From positions 65,084 to 129,083 of the forward strand of contig CAWDSS010000016.1 of NCBI GenBank assembly GCA_963805065.1: a stretch of 64,000 nt of DNA, read 5' to 3'. A program made the translations under genes and the position numbers. Position 1 is the first letter of the stretch. Each line of letters starts with the position of its first letter. A model generated the notes under the pieces. That model was not told the DNA's origin. It made no database searches and was given only the letters and a program-made list of their open reading frames with translations. Source of the DNA: Candidatus Omnitrophota bacterium. GTDB lineage: Bacteria > Omnitrophota > Gorgyraeia > Gygaellales > Profunditerraquicolaceae. Positions 54,224 through 63,048 of the stretch are shown here, piece after piece.

Positions 54224-54730
54224 ATGTTAGCAATAATTTTGGTTTTTATGGGAATATTATTAAGATTTGCACCGCACGCGCCAAATTTCACGCCAGTTGC
54301 AGCGATTGCATTATTCGGCGGGGCATATTTAAATAAAAGAAGTTCTCTCATCGTCCCATTGGCCCTTATGATAATCAGCGATTATTTATTGGGGTTACAT
54401 AATGTGGTGTTTTTTACCTGGGGAGGGTTTGTCTTGGTTGCCTTGTTAGGTACGCGCCTTAAGGGCAATAAAGGCGTTGCCAGGACCATAACCTTTTCTT
54501 TGGCATCAGCAATTATATTTTATATCGTGTCAAACTTTGGCGTGTGGTTAATGGGTTGGTATCCTCCCACCTTAAATGGCCTTATTGATTGTTATGCCTT
54601 AGCAATTCCTTTCTTTAGGACCTTTACGCTGGCAACATTGATATATACTGCCGTATTTTTCGGCATTTATGAATTAGCCGCGCATTTTGTTAAACAGACA
54701 AAGTTCGCGCATGCTCTTTTAACAAAATAA
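54224..54730 (+). CDS. Small polytopic membrane protein of unknown function (a link to B12 uptake is suggested by adjacency only)
   Basis: 168 aa, ~5-6 hydrophobic helices, PNFTPVAAIALFGGAY motif, AGGAGG SD. Confidence 0.5.
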   Translation: MLAIILVFMGILLRFAPHAPNFTPVAAIALFGGAYLNKRSSLIVPLALMIISDYLLGLHNVVFFTWGGFVLVALLGTRLKGNKGVARTITFSLASAIIFYIVSNFGVWLMGWYPPTLNGLIDCYALAIPFFRTFTLATLIYTAVFFGIYELAAHFVKQTKFAHALLTK

Positions 54731-54740
54731 TTTTTTGTCT

Positions 54741-54885
54741 TATATGGACTAGGGAAGGCCGTAAAAGCGGCCACAGTCCCGCTGCTGTATAGAGGGACGA
54801 AATTCCGCAATAAGCCACTGGTGTTTTAGCCGGGAAGGCGCGGAAGAGTAGGATGATCTCTTGAGTCAGAAGACCTAGGCATATA
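54741..54885 (+). promoter_or_regulatory. Cobalamin (B12) riboswitch aptamer
   Basis: P1 TATATG/CATATA; AGGGAAGGCCGTAAAAGCGGCCACAGTCCCGCTGCTGT; GCCACTG; GGGAAGGC; B12-box-like GAGTCAGAAGACCTAGGC. Confidence 0.85.
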
Positions 54886-54938
54886 ATCAAAAATATAATA
54901 ACCATTTGGTCCGTGGACAGGCCAAGGGCTAAGAGGGT

Positions 54939-54976
54939 AACCCTTGATGTCAATTGTGATATCAAGGGTTTTTTAT
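54939..54976 (+). terminator. Intrinsic terminator acting as the riboswitch expression platform
   Basis: AACCCTTGAT (54939-48) pairs with ATCAAGGGTT (54961-70), followed by TTTTATTTT. Confidence 0.8.
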
Positions 54977-55000
54977 TTTAACGTCCGGAATGGAGAAAAG

Positions 55001-57070
55001 ATGGGAAAGAGTATTCAGGTTGTAAATAGTTCATTTTTATTAGCATTTTTTATATCTATAACAGTTCCTGCTTTTGCTGATTCGCCAGAGGTGGATTTAG
55101 ATAAGATCGTTGTGACTCCCTATCGCTATGAAGAGAAATTAGGCAACACAGCGTCAAGTGTTACGATAATTACTCCTGGAGACATAGCTAGCTCTAATGC
55201 TCGCAATGTAGTCGGTATGCTTAGGTCAATACCTGGGGTTACAGTACGGGATACTCTTGGAAACGGCACACAAGCAGTTGTGGACATAGCAGGATTTGGA
55301 GAACAGGCGCCACTTAACGTATTGGTATTAGTTGACGGCAGGCGGGCAAACAATGTTGATTTAAGCGGTGTGGACTGGAGTCAAATCCCGCTTGACGAAG
55401 TGGAGCGTATCGAGGTTGTTCGCGGAGGCTCTGCTGCGGTGCTATATGGCGATAATGCATCTAGCGGTGTAATTAATATTATTACCAAAAAGGGCACCGG
55501 CAAACCAAAAATAGACATAGAAACTGAATACGGCAGCTATGATATGAACAAAGAAAAACTATCTTTAGGCGGCAAAGCTAACGATAAACTTTCTTATTGG
55601 TTCAGCCTGGGACGCGATTCTACCAATGGTTATCGCAATAACAACTTTGATAAAAATAGCGACTTTGCTTCTAAAATCAATTATGATTTTAGTGATATAC
55701 TGTCCGCACATTTTGACTCTGGGTTTCATGCTTGGACTTACGGCATGCCCGGGGCATTGTTTCAAAGTGATATAGACCAGCACGGTAGGACGTTTGCCCG
55801 ATTCGGCAATGACCATGCTAATGGTAAGGACTATTATTTTGTTTTTGGACCAAAAGTCCAATTTCCAGGATTAGGAAATCTCGATTTAGATTTTAATTAC
55901 CGTCAGAATGATGTTGATTCATATTATCTGACCTCAGGGCACGATACTTACAGGAACAGTATCGAAACTTTTGGGGCAACGCCGAAGTATACATTAGGCA
56001 ATAGTATTCTTAACCATGATAATAAATTCATTGCGGGGTTAGATTTTTACCGGTCATTATATAGCTCAAAGACATATCTTATCTCTAATGACAACGCGTT
56101 GGATCAATATACGGATATTCACAAGGATTCATTAGGAAGCTACCTGCAAGATGAGTTTTCAATCTTTAAACAGTTAGTTTTAGTAGGCGGCTACCGCCAT
56201 GAATTTGCAGAGTACACATTCGCTTATCACAATAATGTTTATCCCTTATATTATCCCGATCAAGATAGTAAAGTAAAATTTAATATGGATTCTTTTAACA
56301 GCGGCCTTACGTATACTTATAAAGATGATTCCAATCTTTTTTTAAATGTGAGCAGAAGCTTTCGTTTTCCCGAGGTAGATGAGTTTACCTATTTTGATGC
56401 AACTTCTTATCAAACGCTGCTTAATACCGGCCTTAAGCCACAATCTTCGATAGATTACCAGGTTGGTTTACGGCATAAATTTTCTGACCGTTTTAGGGTG
56501 AGCTTATCATTATTTAGAATGAATGTTAAAAATGAGTTGTATCTTAATGCCACGGATACCTGGGATGGTTCTGAGTGGAATAGTAAGAATGAAAATTATG
56601 ACAGGACTGTTCATGAAGGCCTAGAATCATCCCTGGATGCAAAGCTTAACGATTGGGTCGAATTCCTGGGAAATTATACTTTTACCAATGCTTATTTTGA
56701 CGGCGGACAATATAGCGGGAATGAAATACCGTTAGTGCCTAAGCATAAAGTAAGCGTTGGGTTAAAATTTGCATTACCAATGAATTTAGCTTTTAATATT
56801 ACCGGTAATTATGTCGGCTCTAGATATTATCTGAATGATCAGGCAAACGCTTATTCCCGGCTTAACGGGTATATGGATACCGATACAAACTTGTCCTGGC
56901 GCTATAAAGATTGGATGGTTACTTTCGGTATTAATAATCTCTTTAATAAACAATACTCAGAGATTGCCGGAGTATTACAAGGATTTTCCCCCGGGCACGC
57001 TGTGGGTGAAGAATTTTATTATCCAAACCCAGGGAGAAATTTTATACTGAAGGTTGACTACGCCTTTTAA
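55001..57070 (+). CDS. TonB-dependent outer-membrane receptor (BtuB-like, downstream of the B12 riboswitch)
   Basis: Signal peptide MGKSIQVVNSSFLLAFFISITVPAFA. TonB box/plug: DKIVVTPYR...VTIITPGDI...IPGVTV. C-terminal ...NFILKVDYAF. Confidence 0.85.
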   Translation: MGKSIQVVNSSFLLAFFISITVPAFADSPEVDLDKIVVTPYRYEEKLGNTASSVTIITPGDIASSNARNVVGMLRSIPGVTVRDTLGNGTQAVVDIAGFGEQAPLNVLVLVDGRRANNVDLSGVDWSQIPLDEVERIEVVRGGSAAVLYGDNASSGVINIITKKGTGKPKIDIETEYGSYDMNKEKLSLGGKANDKLSYWFSLGRDSTNGYRNNNFDKNSDFASKINYDFSDILSAHFDSGFHAWTYGMPGALFQSDIDQHGRTFARFGNDHANGKDYYFVFGPKVQFPGLGNLDLDFNYRQNDVDSYYLTSGHDTYRNSIETFGATPKYTLGNSILNHDNKFIAGLDFYRSLYSSKTYLISNDNALDQYTDIHKDSLGSYLQDEFSIFKQLVLVGGYRHEFAEYTFAYHNNVYPLYYPDQDSKVKFNMDSFNSGLTYTYKDDSNLFLNVSRSFRFPEVDEFTYFDATSYQTLLNTGLKPQSSIDYQVGLRHKFSDRFRVSLSLFRMNVKNELYLNATDTWDGSEWNSKNENYDRTVHEGLESSLDAKLNDWVEFLGNYTFTNAYFDGGQYSGNEIPLVPKHKVSVGLKFALPMNLAFNITGNYVGSRYYLNDQANAYSRLNGYMDTDTNLSWRYKDWMVTFGINNLFNKQYSEIAGVLQGFSPGHAVGEEFYYPNPGRNFILKVDYAF

Positions 57071-57085
57071 AATTCTGTCTTGAAA

Positions 57086-57796
57086 ATGATTGCAGGCTGT
57101 GTTAATCTAGACTCTATGTTTAGGGATAAGCTTTTTAGGAATGCAATTCTAGCCTCTTTAATTGCCCACAGCCTGCTTTTATTTCAAAACCCGCATTTGA
57201 ATTTTCTGGTTGCGCCAAAAAAAGACAATAATATTGAGGTAACTTACATAAAGCCGAATTTAATGGAAAAAACAGGCGTAAGGCTAAGTGAGGCCAGTAA
57301 AGAGCCATTCTTAAGAATGGATCAGAAAATAGTAACGGCCAAAAATGTCCCGCCGCCTTTTATTGACAGGGAAGCAATTTTTAAAGGCGCTAAGATGCTT
57401 CCTCCCGAGCAGCCCGACATTAATAAGCCTACCCTCATGAGCCAGGAGGCCATTCTTTTTAAGAAGAAGATTACCATGCCTGCTTTGGATCTGGATAAAA
57501 TAAATAACCCCTCTTACATAAGCTATTACCAGATTGTGCGTGAAAAAATAAAACGCGCAGCTTACAGGAATTACTCGCACCAGGATACAGGAGAGGTTTA
57601 TCTTTCTTTCATTGTATCAAACGACGGCTTTCTAAAAGATGCGCGCCTGGTAGAACAGAAATCTTCTGTCAATCCGTATCTTAGGCAAATTGCCTTAAGA
57701 AGCCTTAAGGATGCATCTCCTTTCCCGAATTTCCCCAAAAACCTGGATTATCCCAGTCTTTCCTTTAACGTGGTCATTTCCTTTGAAATTGAATAA
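57086..57796 (+). CDS. tonB: TonB-family energy transducer (C-terminal TonB domain)
   Basis: N-terminal TM AILASLIAHSLLLF. C-terminal GEVYLSFIVSNDGFLKDARLVEQKSSVNPYLRQIALRSLKDASPFPNFP. Start uncertain (57080, 57086 or 57116). Confidence 0.7.
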   Translation: MIAGCVNLDSMFRDKLFRNAILASLIAHSLLLFQNPHLNFLVAPKKDNNIEVTYIKPNLMEKTGVRLSEASKEPFLRMDQKIVTAKNVPPPFIDREAIFKGAKMLPPEQPDINKPTLMSQEAILFKKKITMPALDLDKINNPSYISYYQIVREKIKRAAYRNYSHQDTGEVYLSFIVSNDGFLKDARLVEQKSSVNPYLRQIALRSLKDASPFPNFPKNLDYPSLSFNVVISFEIE

Positions 57797-57803
57797 TTAA
57801 TTC

Positions 57804-57848
57804 GCGCATATAACTTACGTCGCATTTTATGCTCCGTAAGTTATGCGC
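57804..57848 (+). repeat. Hairpin after tonB, related to a sub-motif of the 24.9-kb palindrome
   Basis: GCGCATATAACTTACG (57804-19) pairs with CGTAAGTTATGCGC (57835-48) with a 2-nt bulge. Compare GCGACATAACTTATCG at 24865-80. Confidence 0.6.
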
Positions 57849-57863
57849 TCATTAAAACTCAAG

Positions 57864-57892
57864 TTGACAGGCAAATGATTAAGTGCTATATT
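57864..57892 (+). promoter_or_regulatory. Consensus-like sigma70 promoter with extended -10 (TGC TATATT)
   Basis: TTGACA (57864-69), 17-nt spacer, TATATT (57887-92). Lies upstream of rpsU. Confidence 0.55.
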
Positions 57893-57945
57893 AAATAACT
57901 TCAGAGAGTTGTATTTAGTTTAATTCAAGAAAGGAGATGATTATA

Positions 57946-58107
57946 TTGTCAGAGGTAGAAGTTAGAAAAGACGAATCTTTTGAATCGGCTTTACGCAGGT
58001 TCAAGAAGAAAATTGAGCAGGAGGGAATCTTAAGAGAAGTCAGGGACCGCAAGCACTACGAAAAGCCCAGTGAAAGACGCAGAAAGAAGGCAAAAGAAAG
58101 AAGATAG
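57946..58107 (+). CDS. rpsU: 30S ribosomal protein S21 (below the ORF-track cutoff; TTG start at 57946 or ATG at 57937)
   Basis: [58 protein letters not shown] at 57931-36. Confidence 0.85.
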   Translation: MSEVEVRKDESFESALRRFKKKIEQEGILREVRDRKHYEKPSERRRKKAKERR

Positions 58108-58109
58108 AA

Positions 58110-59033
58110 ATGGGCCTGGTTCTTTCTACGTCCTGGAATGCCTTTCGCCATAACAACGCTAAAAATCTGCTCTTTGAAATAAAAAAGACGGGTTTCCAAG
58201 AAGTAGAGTTAAGTTTCAACCTAACTTCTTCCGTGGTGACCGATCTTGAAAAATGCATAGGGCTTCTACAGATGAAGGTCGTCAGCTTGCATAATTACTG
58301 CCCCATACCCGACGGTGTATTACGTAAAGATGCACTGCCTGATTATTTCTCCATGAGCTCAACCGATAAGGAAGTGCGTAGCCTGTCCGTGCAATATACA
58401 AAAAGGACCATAGAGACAGCAAGCCGTTTGGGGGCAAAGGCGGTTGTGCTTCATTGCGGAAGGGTAGATATACCGGATAAAACCATGGAGCTCATCAATC
58501 TTTATACTCGAGGCCTGAAGGACTCAGCCGAATTTAAGCGATTAAAAACTTGCATTATCCGTGATAGAGAAAATCTCTGCCAGCCGTTTTTTAATAATAC
58601 ACTGGAAAGCCTGGAAGAATTAAGTAAATTCGCCCGGGAAAAAGGTGTGTTGTTGGGGATAGAAACCAGGTTTTACTATCGGGAAATCCCGTCTTTTGAA
58701 GAAATAGCAGTAATTCTTAAAGAATTAAAAGGCTCTAATATATTTTACTGGCATGATACCGGACATGCGCAGGTGATGGAAAACCTGGGGTTTGCCAGCC
58801 ACAAGGAATATTTAGAGCGTTATCAAAACTTGATGATCGGAATTCATCTGCATGATGTATCCGGATGCGTCGATCATCTGGCTCCTGGCAGGGGAAAGTT
58901 GGATTTCACTTTTTTAAAGCCCTATCTTAAAAAAGAAACTCTAAAAGTCGTGGAAGCACATCATCCCGCAACAGCGCGCGATATTAAAAAAAGTAAGCTT
59001 TTTTTGAATACATTGTTAAATGGAATTATCTAA
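58110..59033 (+). CDS. Xylose-isomerase-like TIM-barrel protein (sugar phosphate isomerase/epimerase family)
   Basis: Family-level pattern only: ...[10 protein letters not shown]...LGIETRF...WHDTGHA...IHLHD. Confidence 0.6.
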   Translation: MGLVLSTSWNAFRHNNAKNLLFEIKKTGFQEVELSFNLTSSVVTDLEKCIGLLQMKVVSLHNYCPIPDGVLRKDALPDYFSMSSTDKEVRSLSVQYTKRTIETASRLGAKAVVLHCGRVDIPDKTMELINLYTRGLKDSAEFKRLKTCIIRDRENLCQPFFNNTLESLEELSKFAREKGVLLGIETRFYYREIPSFEEIAVILKELKGSNIFYWHDTGHAQVMENLGFASHKEYLERYQNLMIGIHLHDVSGCVDHLAPGRGKLDFTFLKPYLKKETLKVVEAHHPATARDIKKSKLFLNTLLNGII

Positions 59034-59832
59034 AATAAGAAAGCCCTGCGTATCAGGCCAATTCTATCCTTCCACAAGCTCTCTACTTAGAAGTGAAATA
59101 GAAAGCCTCATTGATAAGCAGGCGCAAAAGAAAGACATCATCGCCTGTATGCTGCCTCATGCCGGTTACATGTATTCAGGCAGGGTTGCTGTAGCAACAG
59201 CTTCGCGGATCAAGATTAAGGAAAAGATTATTCTCCTTGGCCCCAATCATACCGGAAACGGTGCGGATTTTGGCATTATGACTGAAGGTATATGGCAGAC
59301 GCCTCTGGGTGAAAATAAAATAGATTCCGTCCTTGCCAAAGAATTGCTGAAGAATTCAAAATACTTGCAGGACAGTATTGAGGCGCACACTTATGAACAT
59401 TCCCTCGAGGTTGAATTACCGATATTGCAGTATTTCAGGCCCAATTTTGAAATTGTCCCCATCACATTCTTATCGGATAATTTAGTGGCTATTAAGGAGA
59501 TAGGCGCTGAAATTGCAGCCGTGCTTAAAGACAGGCACGACGTTTTGATTGTAGCCAGCACCGACATGACCCACTATGAGCCGCAATTGAACGCGCAAAA
59601 AAAAGACCAGGAAGCGATTCAGGCAATACTGGAATTAGATGAGGATAAATTGATACAGAGGATTCAAAGGTTTAATATAACCATGTGCGGGTTTGCTCCC
59701 GTGGTCGCAATGCTGAAGGCAGCTAAAATATTGGGAGCAGAAAAGGGAGAACTTGTGAAATACCAGACCAGCGGTGATATTACGGGAGATAAAGAAAGCG
59801 TAGTCGGCTACGCAGGAATTATCTTATACTGA
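59020..59832 (+). CDS. Memo-like protein (AmmeMemoRadiSam system protein B family)
   Basis: PCVSGQFYP...[11 protein letters not shown]...LGPNH...MTHYE...GYAGII. Confidence 0.75.
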   Translation: MELSKIRKPCVSGQFYPSTSSLLRSEIESLIDKQAQKKDIIACMLPHAGYMYSGRVAVATASRIKIKEKIILLGPNHTGNGADFGIMTEGIWQTPLGENKIDSVLAKELLKNSKYLQDSIEAHTYEHSLEVELPILQYFRPNFEIVPITFLSDNLVAIKEIGAEIAAVLKDRHDVLIVASTDMTHYEPQLNAQKKDQEAIQAILELDEDKLIQRIQRFNITMCGFAPVVAMLKAAKILGAEKGELVKYQTSGDITGDKESVVGYAGIILY

Positions 59833-59833
59833 T

Positions 59834-60184
59834 TTGGAAGAGGAAATTAAAAAATCCAGCGATGATAGCTGGAAGGAAGCAGTAGAAAAAGAAAAGACAG
59901 GCCTTAAAAAGGAAGAAGGTTTTGTTGCACCGACGCCGGATTTTAATTTTTTTATAACTACGCTTTCCCTGCAGGCTTCCATTGCCCTCGGCCAACTTGC
60001 TAATCCGGTTAGCGATAAGGTAGAAGAAGACATTATCCAGGCGAAATTCATTATCGATACCTTAGGCATGCTGAAAGAAAAAACCAAGGGTAATTTAACC
60101 AAAGAAGAAGAATCGCTTTTGGAAAATGTCCTTTATGAGTTAAGGATGCTCTACGTAGCTAAGGATAAAGGCACCCCGCGCTAA
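59834..60184 (+). CDS. DUF1844-like small protein
   Basis: PDFNFFITTLSLQASIALGQLANP...AKFIIDTLGMLKEKTKGNLT. Confidence 0.6.
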   Translation: MEEEIKKSSDDSWKEAVEKEKTGLKKEEGFVAPTPDFNFFITTLSLQASIALGQLANPVSDKVEEDIIQAKFIIDTLGMLKEKTKGNLTKEEESLLENVLYELRMLYVAKDKGTPR

Positions 60185-60274
60185 GCAGGCACCTGGCGCT
60201 TATTTGTATTGCGCCAGTGTCCCCTCGTGGGGAAATTTGCGCGAGTGTTGTCTTGGTAGACAAGGAGAAGTAAA

Positions 60275-60430
60275 ATGATTGATAAAGAATTGCTGGAAAT
60301 ACTTGCCTGTCCGGCTTGCAAAGGGGATGTGGAATTAAAGGATAAAAAAATAGTTTGCAAAGCTTGCGGCAAGAAATACCCCATTAAAGATGGCGTTCCA
60401 ATAATGCTAGTAGATGAAGCGGAGGAATAA
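60275..60430 (+). CDS. Trm112-family zinc-ribbon protein (51 aa; below the ORF-track cutoff)
   Basis: MIDKELLEILACPACKGDVELKDKKIVCKACGKKYPIKDGVPIMLVDEAEE. AAGGAG lies upstream. Confidence 0.8.
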   Translation: MIDKELLEILACPACKGDVELKDKKIVCKACGKKYPIKDGVPIMLVDEAEE

Positions 60431-60536
60431 AAGTAAAAAGGAAAAAGCCAAAAGTAAAAAGTACAAGTAAAAAGTCAAAACTTTTAAATTTTAACTTTAA
60501 CTTTTACCTTTTTGCTTTTAACTTTTGACTTTCAGA
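60431..60536. repeat. Heptamer-array palindrome: ~7 A-rich units (AAGTAAA type), then ~7 T-rich units (TTTTAAC/TTTTGAC type)
   Basis: Read directly. Shares CTTTTGACTTT with the 29.1-kb array. Confidence 0.8.
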
Positions 60537-60545
60537 TTAAAATAT

Positions 60546-60989
60546 ATGAAAAAGATACTCGTGATCCACGGCCCGAACCTCGACCTGCTGGGACAAAGAG
60601 AACCCACGGTTTATGGGAAAGTTACACTTGAGCAAATTAATGCCGGCTTGAAAAAAATCGCCAAGACAAAAAAGGTAAGCCTGACCATAAAACAGTCAAA
60701 CCACGAAGGAGAGATTGTGGATTTGATCGGCAAGAGCAAAAATAAATTTGACGGGCTCTTGATTAACCCCGCAGCCTATACCCATACGAGCGTTGCCATA
60801 AGAGACGCCCTGGCTGCCAGCGCAATATTGGCAGTTGAGGTGCACCTTTCCAATATTTATTCCAGAGAAGAATTCAGGCAAAAATCATTAATTACTCCTG
60901 TTGTAAAGGGGACGATTTTAGGCTTTGGCTATAAAAGTTATTATCTTGGCCTTGAGGCGTTAGTGGATTTAATAAATGCTGCTAAATGA
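60546..60989 (+). CDS. aroQ: Type II 3-dehydroquinate dehydratase
   Basis: [24 protein letters not shown]...[15 protein letters not shown]...VEVHLSNI. Confidence 0.9.
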   Translation: MKKILVIHGPNLDLLGQREPTVYGKVTLEQINAGLKKIAKTKKVSLTIKQSNHEGEIVDLIGKSKNKFDGLLINPAAYTHTSVAIRDALAASAILAVEVHLSNIYSREEFRQKSLITPVVKGTILGFGYKSYYLGLEALVDLINAAK

Positions 60990-62047
60990 GCTCCCGCATA
61001 AAGAAACTATACACACAGTTACAGCTGCAGGGTTTAGACGGGTTTCTGGTTTCCAGCCCACCTAGCATATCGTATCTCACAGAATATATCAGCCGCGATT
61101 CCTACCTTCTGGTCACTAAAAAAGAAAACCTGTATTTTACGGATTCAAGGTATACGCAAGAAGTTAAATTAGCGCTTAAAGGCAAAGTCTCTCTAAAAAA
61201 AATAAACGGCTCTGTATTTAAGTTGATTGCCGATACATGCTTAAGCATGAAATTAAAACGTGTAGCTTTTGAAGAAAGGCACCTGCCGTTTGCCGAATAT
61301 AACAAGATAAAACAGGGCCTTGGCAAAAAAATTGAATTAGTTCCTACGCACAGCCTGATTGAGTCATTAAGGCAAATTAAGGAACCGGTAGAATTAAAAA
61401 AGATAAAGCGGGGAATAAAAATTACCGCTGCTGCCTTTCGATTTGCAGAAGGTTTTATCAGGCCGGGGTTAACTGAGCTACAGGTAACTGCGGAATTAGA
61501 GCGCTTTATCAGGTATCACGGGGCTTTTGGCTCATCTTTCCAGATAATTGTCGGCTCAGGCCCAAACTCAAGCTTCCCTCACCACTTATCTGGTAAAAGA
61601 AAAATCCGCAATAACGAACCGGTGCTAATTGACATGGGAGTCAACTATTTAGGGTATAAAACTGACTTGACAAGGGTATTCTTTTTGGGTAAAATAAATG
61701 CTCTCGCGCGAAAGGTTTACGATATTGTGCTCGCTGCACAGCGAGAAGCAATAAGCAAAATAAAGCCAGCCACAGCATTAGCCAAAATCGATGCGGCTGC
61801 CCGCCAGTATATAGCCAAAAAGGGATTTGCAGCATTTTTCGGCCATGCCTTAGGCCATGGAGTAGGGTTGGAGGTCCATGAGTCACCAAGTGTATCCGGA
61901 AAAGAAAAATCCGAATTAAAACCCGGCATGGTTTTTACAATTGAACCGGCAGTTTATTTGCCCGGGAAATTCGGGATAAGAATAGAAGATATGGTTTTAG
62001 TAACGCAAGATGGATGTGAGGTGTTAAGTGGCGCTCTCTATAAATGA
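60986..62047 (+). CDS. pepP: Xaa-Pro aminopeptidase (M24B)
   Basis: [44 protein letters not shown]. Confidence 0.85.
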   Translation: MSSRIKKLYTQLQLQGLDGFLVSSPPSISYLTEYISRDSYLLVTKKENLYFTDSRYTQEVKLALKGKVSLKKINGSVFKLIADTCLSMKLKRVAFEERHLPFAEYNKIKQGLGKKIELVPTHSLIESLRQIKEPVELKKIKRGIKITAAAFRFAEGFIRPGLTELQVTAELERFIRYHGAFGSSFQIIVGSGPNSSFPHHLSGKRKIRNNEPVLIDMGVNYLGYKTDLTRVFFLGKINALARKVYDIVLAAQREAISKIKPATALAKIDAAARQYIAKKGFAAFFGHALGHGVGLEVHESPSVSGKEKSELKPGMVFTIEPAVYLPGKFGIRIEDMVLVTQDGCEVLSGALYK

Positions 62048-62591
62048 TATTAAAAGCAGTTTAACTATCCTGGTTGACGGTGAAGTATATTTGGTGGTGG
62101 AAACTCAACATGTAAAACCAGGTAAAGGCGCTGCTTTTGTCAGGGCGAAATTAAGGCATCTCAAGAATGGCAGCATTCAGGAAAGAACATTCCGGGGAGA
62201 TGAAAAAATAGATGAGGCATACGTGGATGAGCGTAAGCTTCAATACCAATACGCCTCAGGTAAGATGTATCATTTTATGGACCAGGAAAATTTTGAAGAA
62301 GTGGCAATTTCAGAAGAATCACTGGGAGATAAGAAAAAATTCCTCAAAGATAATTTGGAAGTTTCCGGGCATTTTTATAAAGGCGATACCTTAAATGTGA
62401 GCCTGCCTACTTTTGTTCAGTTTAAAATTATTCATACTGAGCCGGGGATTAAAGGAGATACGTCAAAAAGCGGCACTAAACCCGCAGAAATAGAAACCGG
62501 TGCCACAGTCCAGGTCCCCTTGTTTATCAATGTGGGAGATGTAATCAAGCTGGATACCCGCACCGGAGAATACGTAGAAAGGGTCAATTAA
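62028..62591 (+). CDS. efp: Elongation factor P (GTG start)
   Basis: HVKPGKGAAFVRAKLRHLKNG...ETGATVQVPLFI. Confidence 0.9.
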   Translation: MALSINDIKSSLTILVDGEVYLVVETQHVKPGKGAAFVRAKLRHLKNGSIQERTFRGDEKIDEAYVDERKLQYQYASGKMYHFMDQENFEEVAISEESLGDKKKFLKDNLEVSGHFYKGDTLNVSLPTFVQFKIIHTEPGIKGDTSKSGTKPAEIETGATVQVPLFINVGDVIKLDTRTGEYVERVN

Positions 62592-62592
62592 C

Positions 62593-63045
62593 ATGAACCT
62601 TAAAGAAATCAAAGAAATGATTGCATTGATGAACGATAACGGCCTTGTAGAATTGGAAATTGAAAAAGAAGGCATGCGCATCCGCTTAAAAAAGACTTCT
62701 GGCAACCAGGAAGGTTTTAGCGGCCCGATTCTAGTCGAAAGGGAAAGAGTGTCGGATGCAGGGCACAAGGCTATTACTGATTCAGTTGAGAAGATGTCTG
62801 TAAAGACAGTTGAGATTAAGGCTCCCATGGTCGGTACTTTCTACCGTGCTCCTTCTCCCGAGGCTCCGCCTTACGTTGAGGTTGGCCAGATTATTGAGCC
62901 TGGCCAGGTCATCTGCATTATCGAGGCGATGAAGTTGATGAATGAAATTAAATCTGAAATTAAAGGCAAAATCCTGGAAATCCTTATCGATAACGCCGAA
63001 CCCGTAGAATTCGGACAGCCTATGTTTCTCATCGAACCTCTCTAA
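62593..63045 (+). CDS. accB: Biotin carboxyl carrier protein of acetyl-CoA carboxylase
   Basis: IKAPMVGTFYRAPSPEAPPYV...IIEAMKLMNEI. Confidence 0.9.
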   Translation: MNLKEIKEMIALMNDNGLVELEIEKEGMRIRLKKTSGNQEGFSGPILVERERVSDAGHKAITDSVEKMSVKTVEIKAPMVGTFYRAPSPEAPPYVEVGQIIEPGQVICIIEAMKLMNEIKSEIKGKILEILIDNAEPVEFGQPMFLIEPL

Positions 63046-63048
63046 AAA

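Noticed and set aside
54690-54965. Minus-strand 91-aa ORF between the membrane protein and the TonB-dependent receptor.
   Set aside because: It coincides exactly with the cobalamin riboswitch and its terminator on the + strand. The RNA element explains the sequence.
60185-60274. Three small hairpins between DUF1844 and trm112: CTGGCGC/GCGCCAG, TCCCC/GGGGA and TTGTCT/AGACAA, the last overlapping the SD.
   Set aside because: The stems are short (5-7 bp), there is no convincing T-tract, and there is no similarity to known elements. This could be an ordinary 5' UTR or a weak terminator. Noted, but not strong enough to report as a finding.
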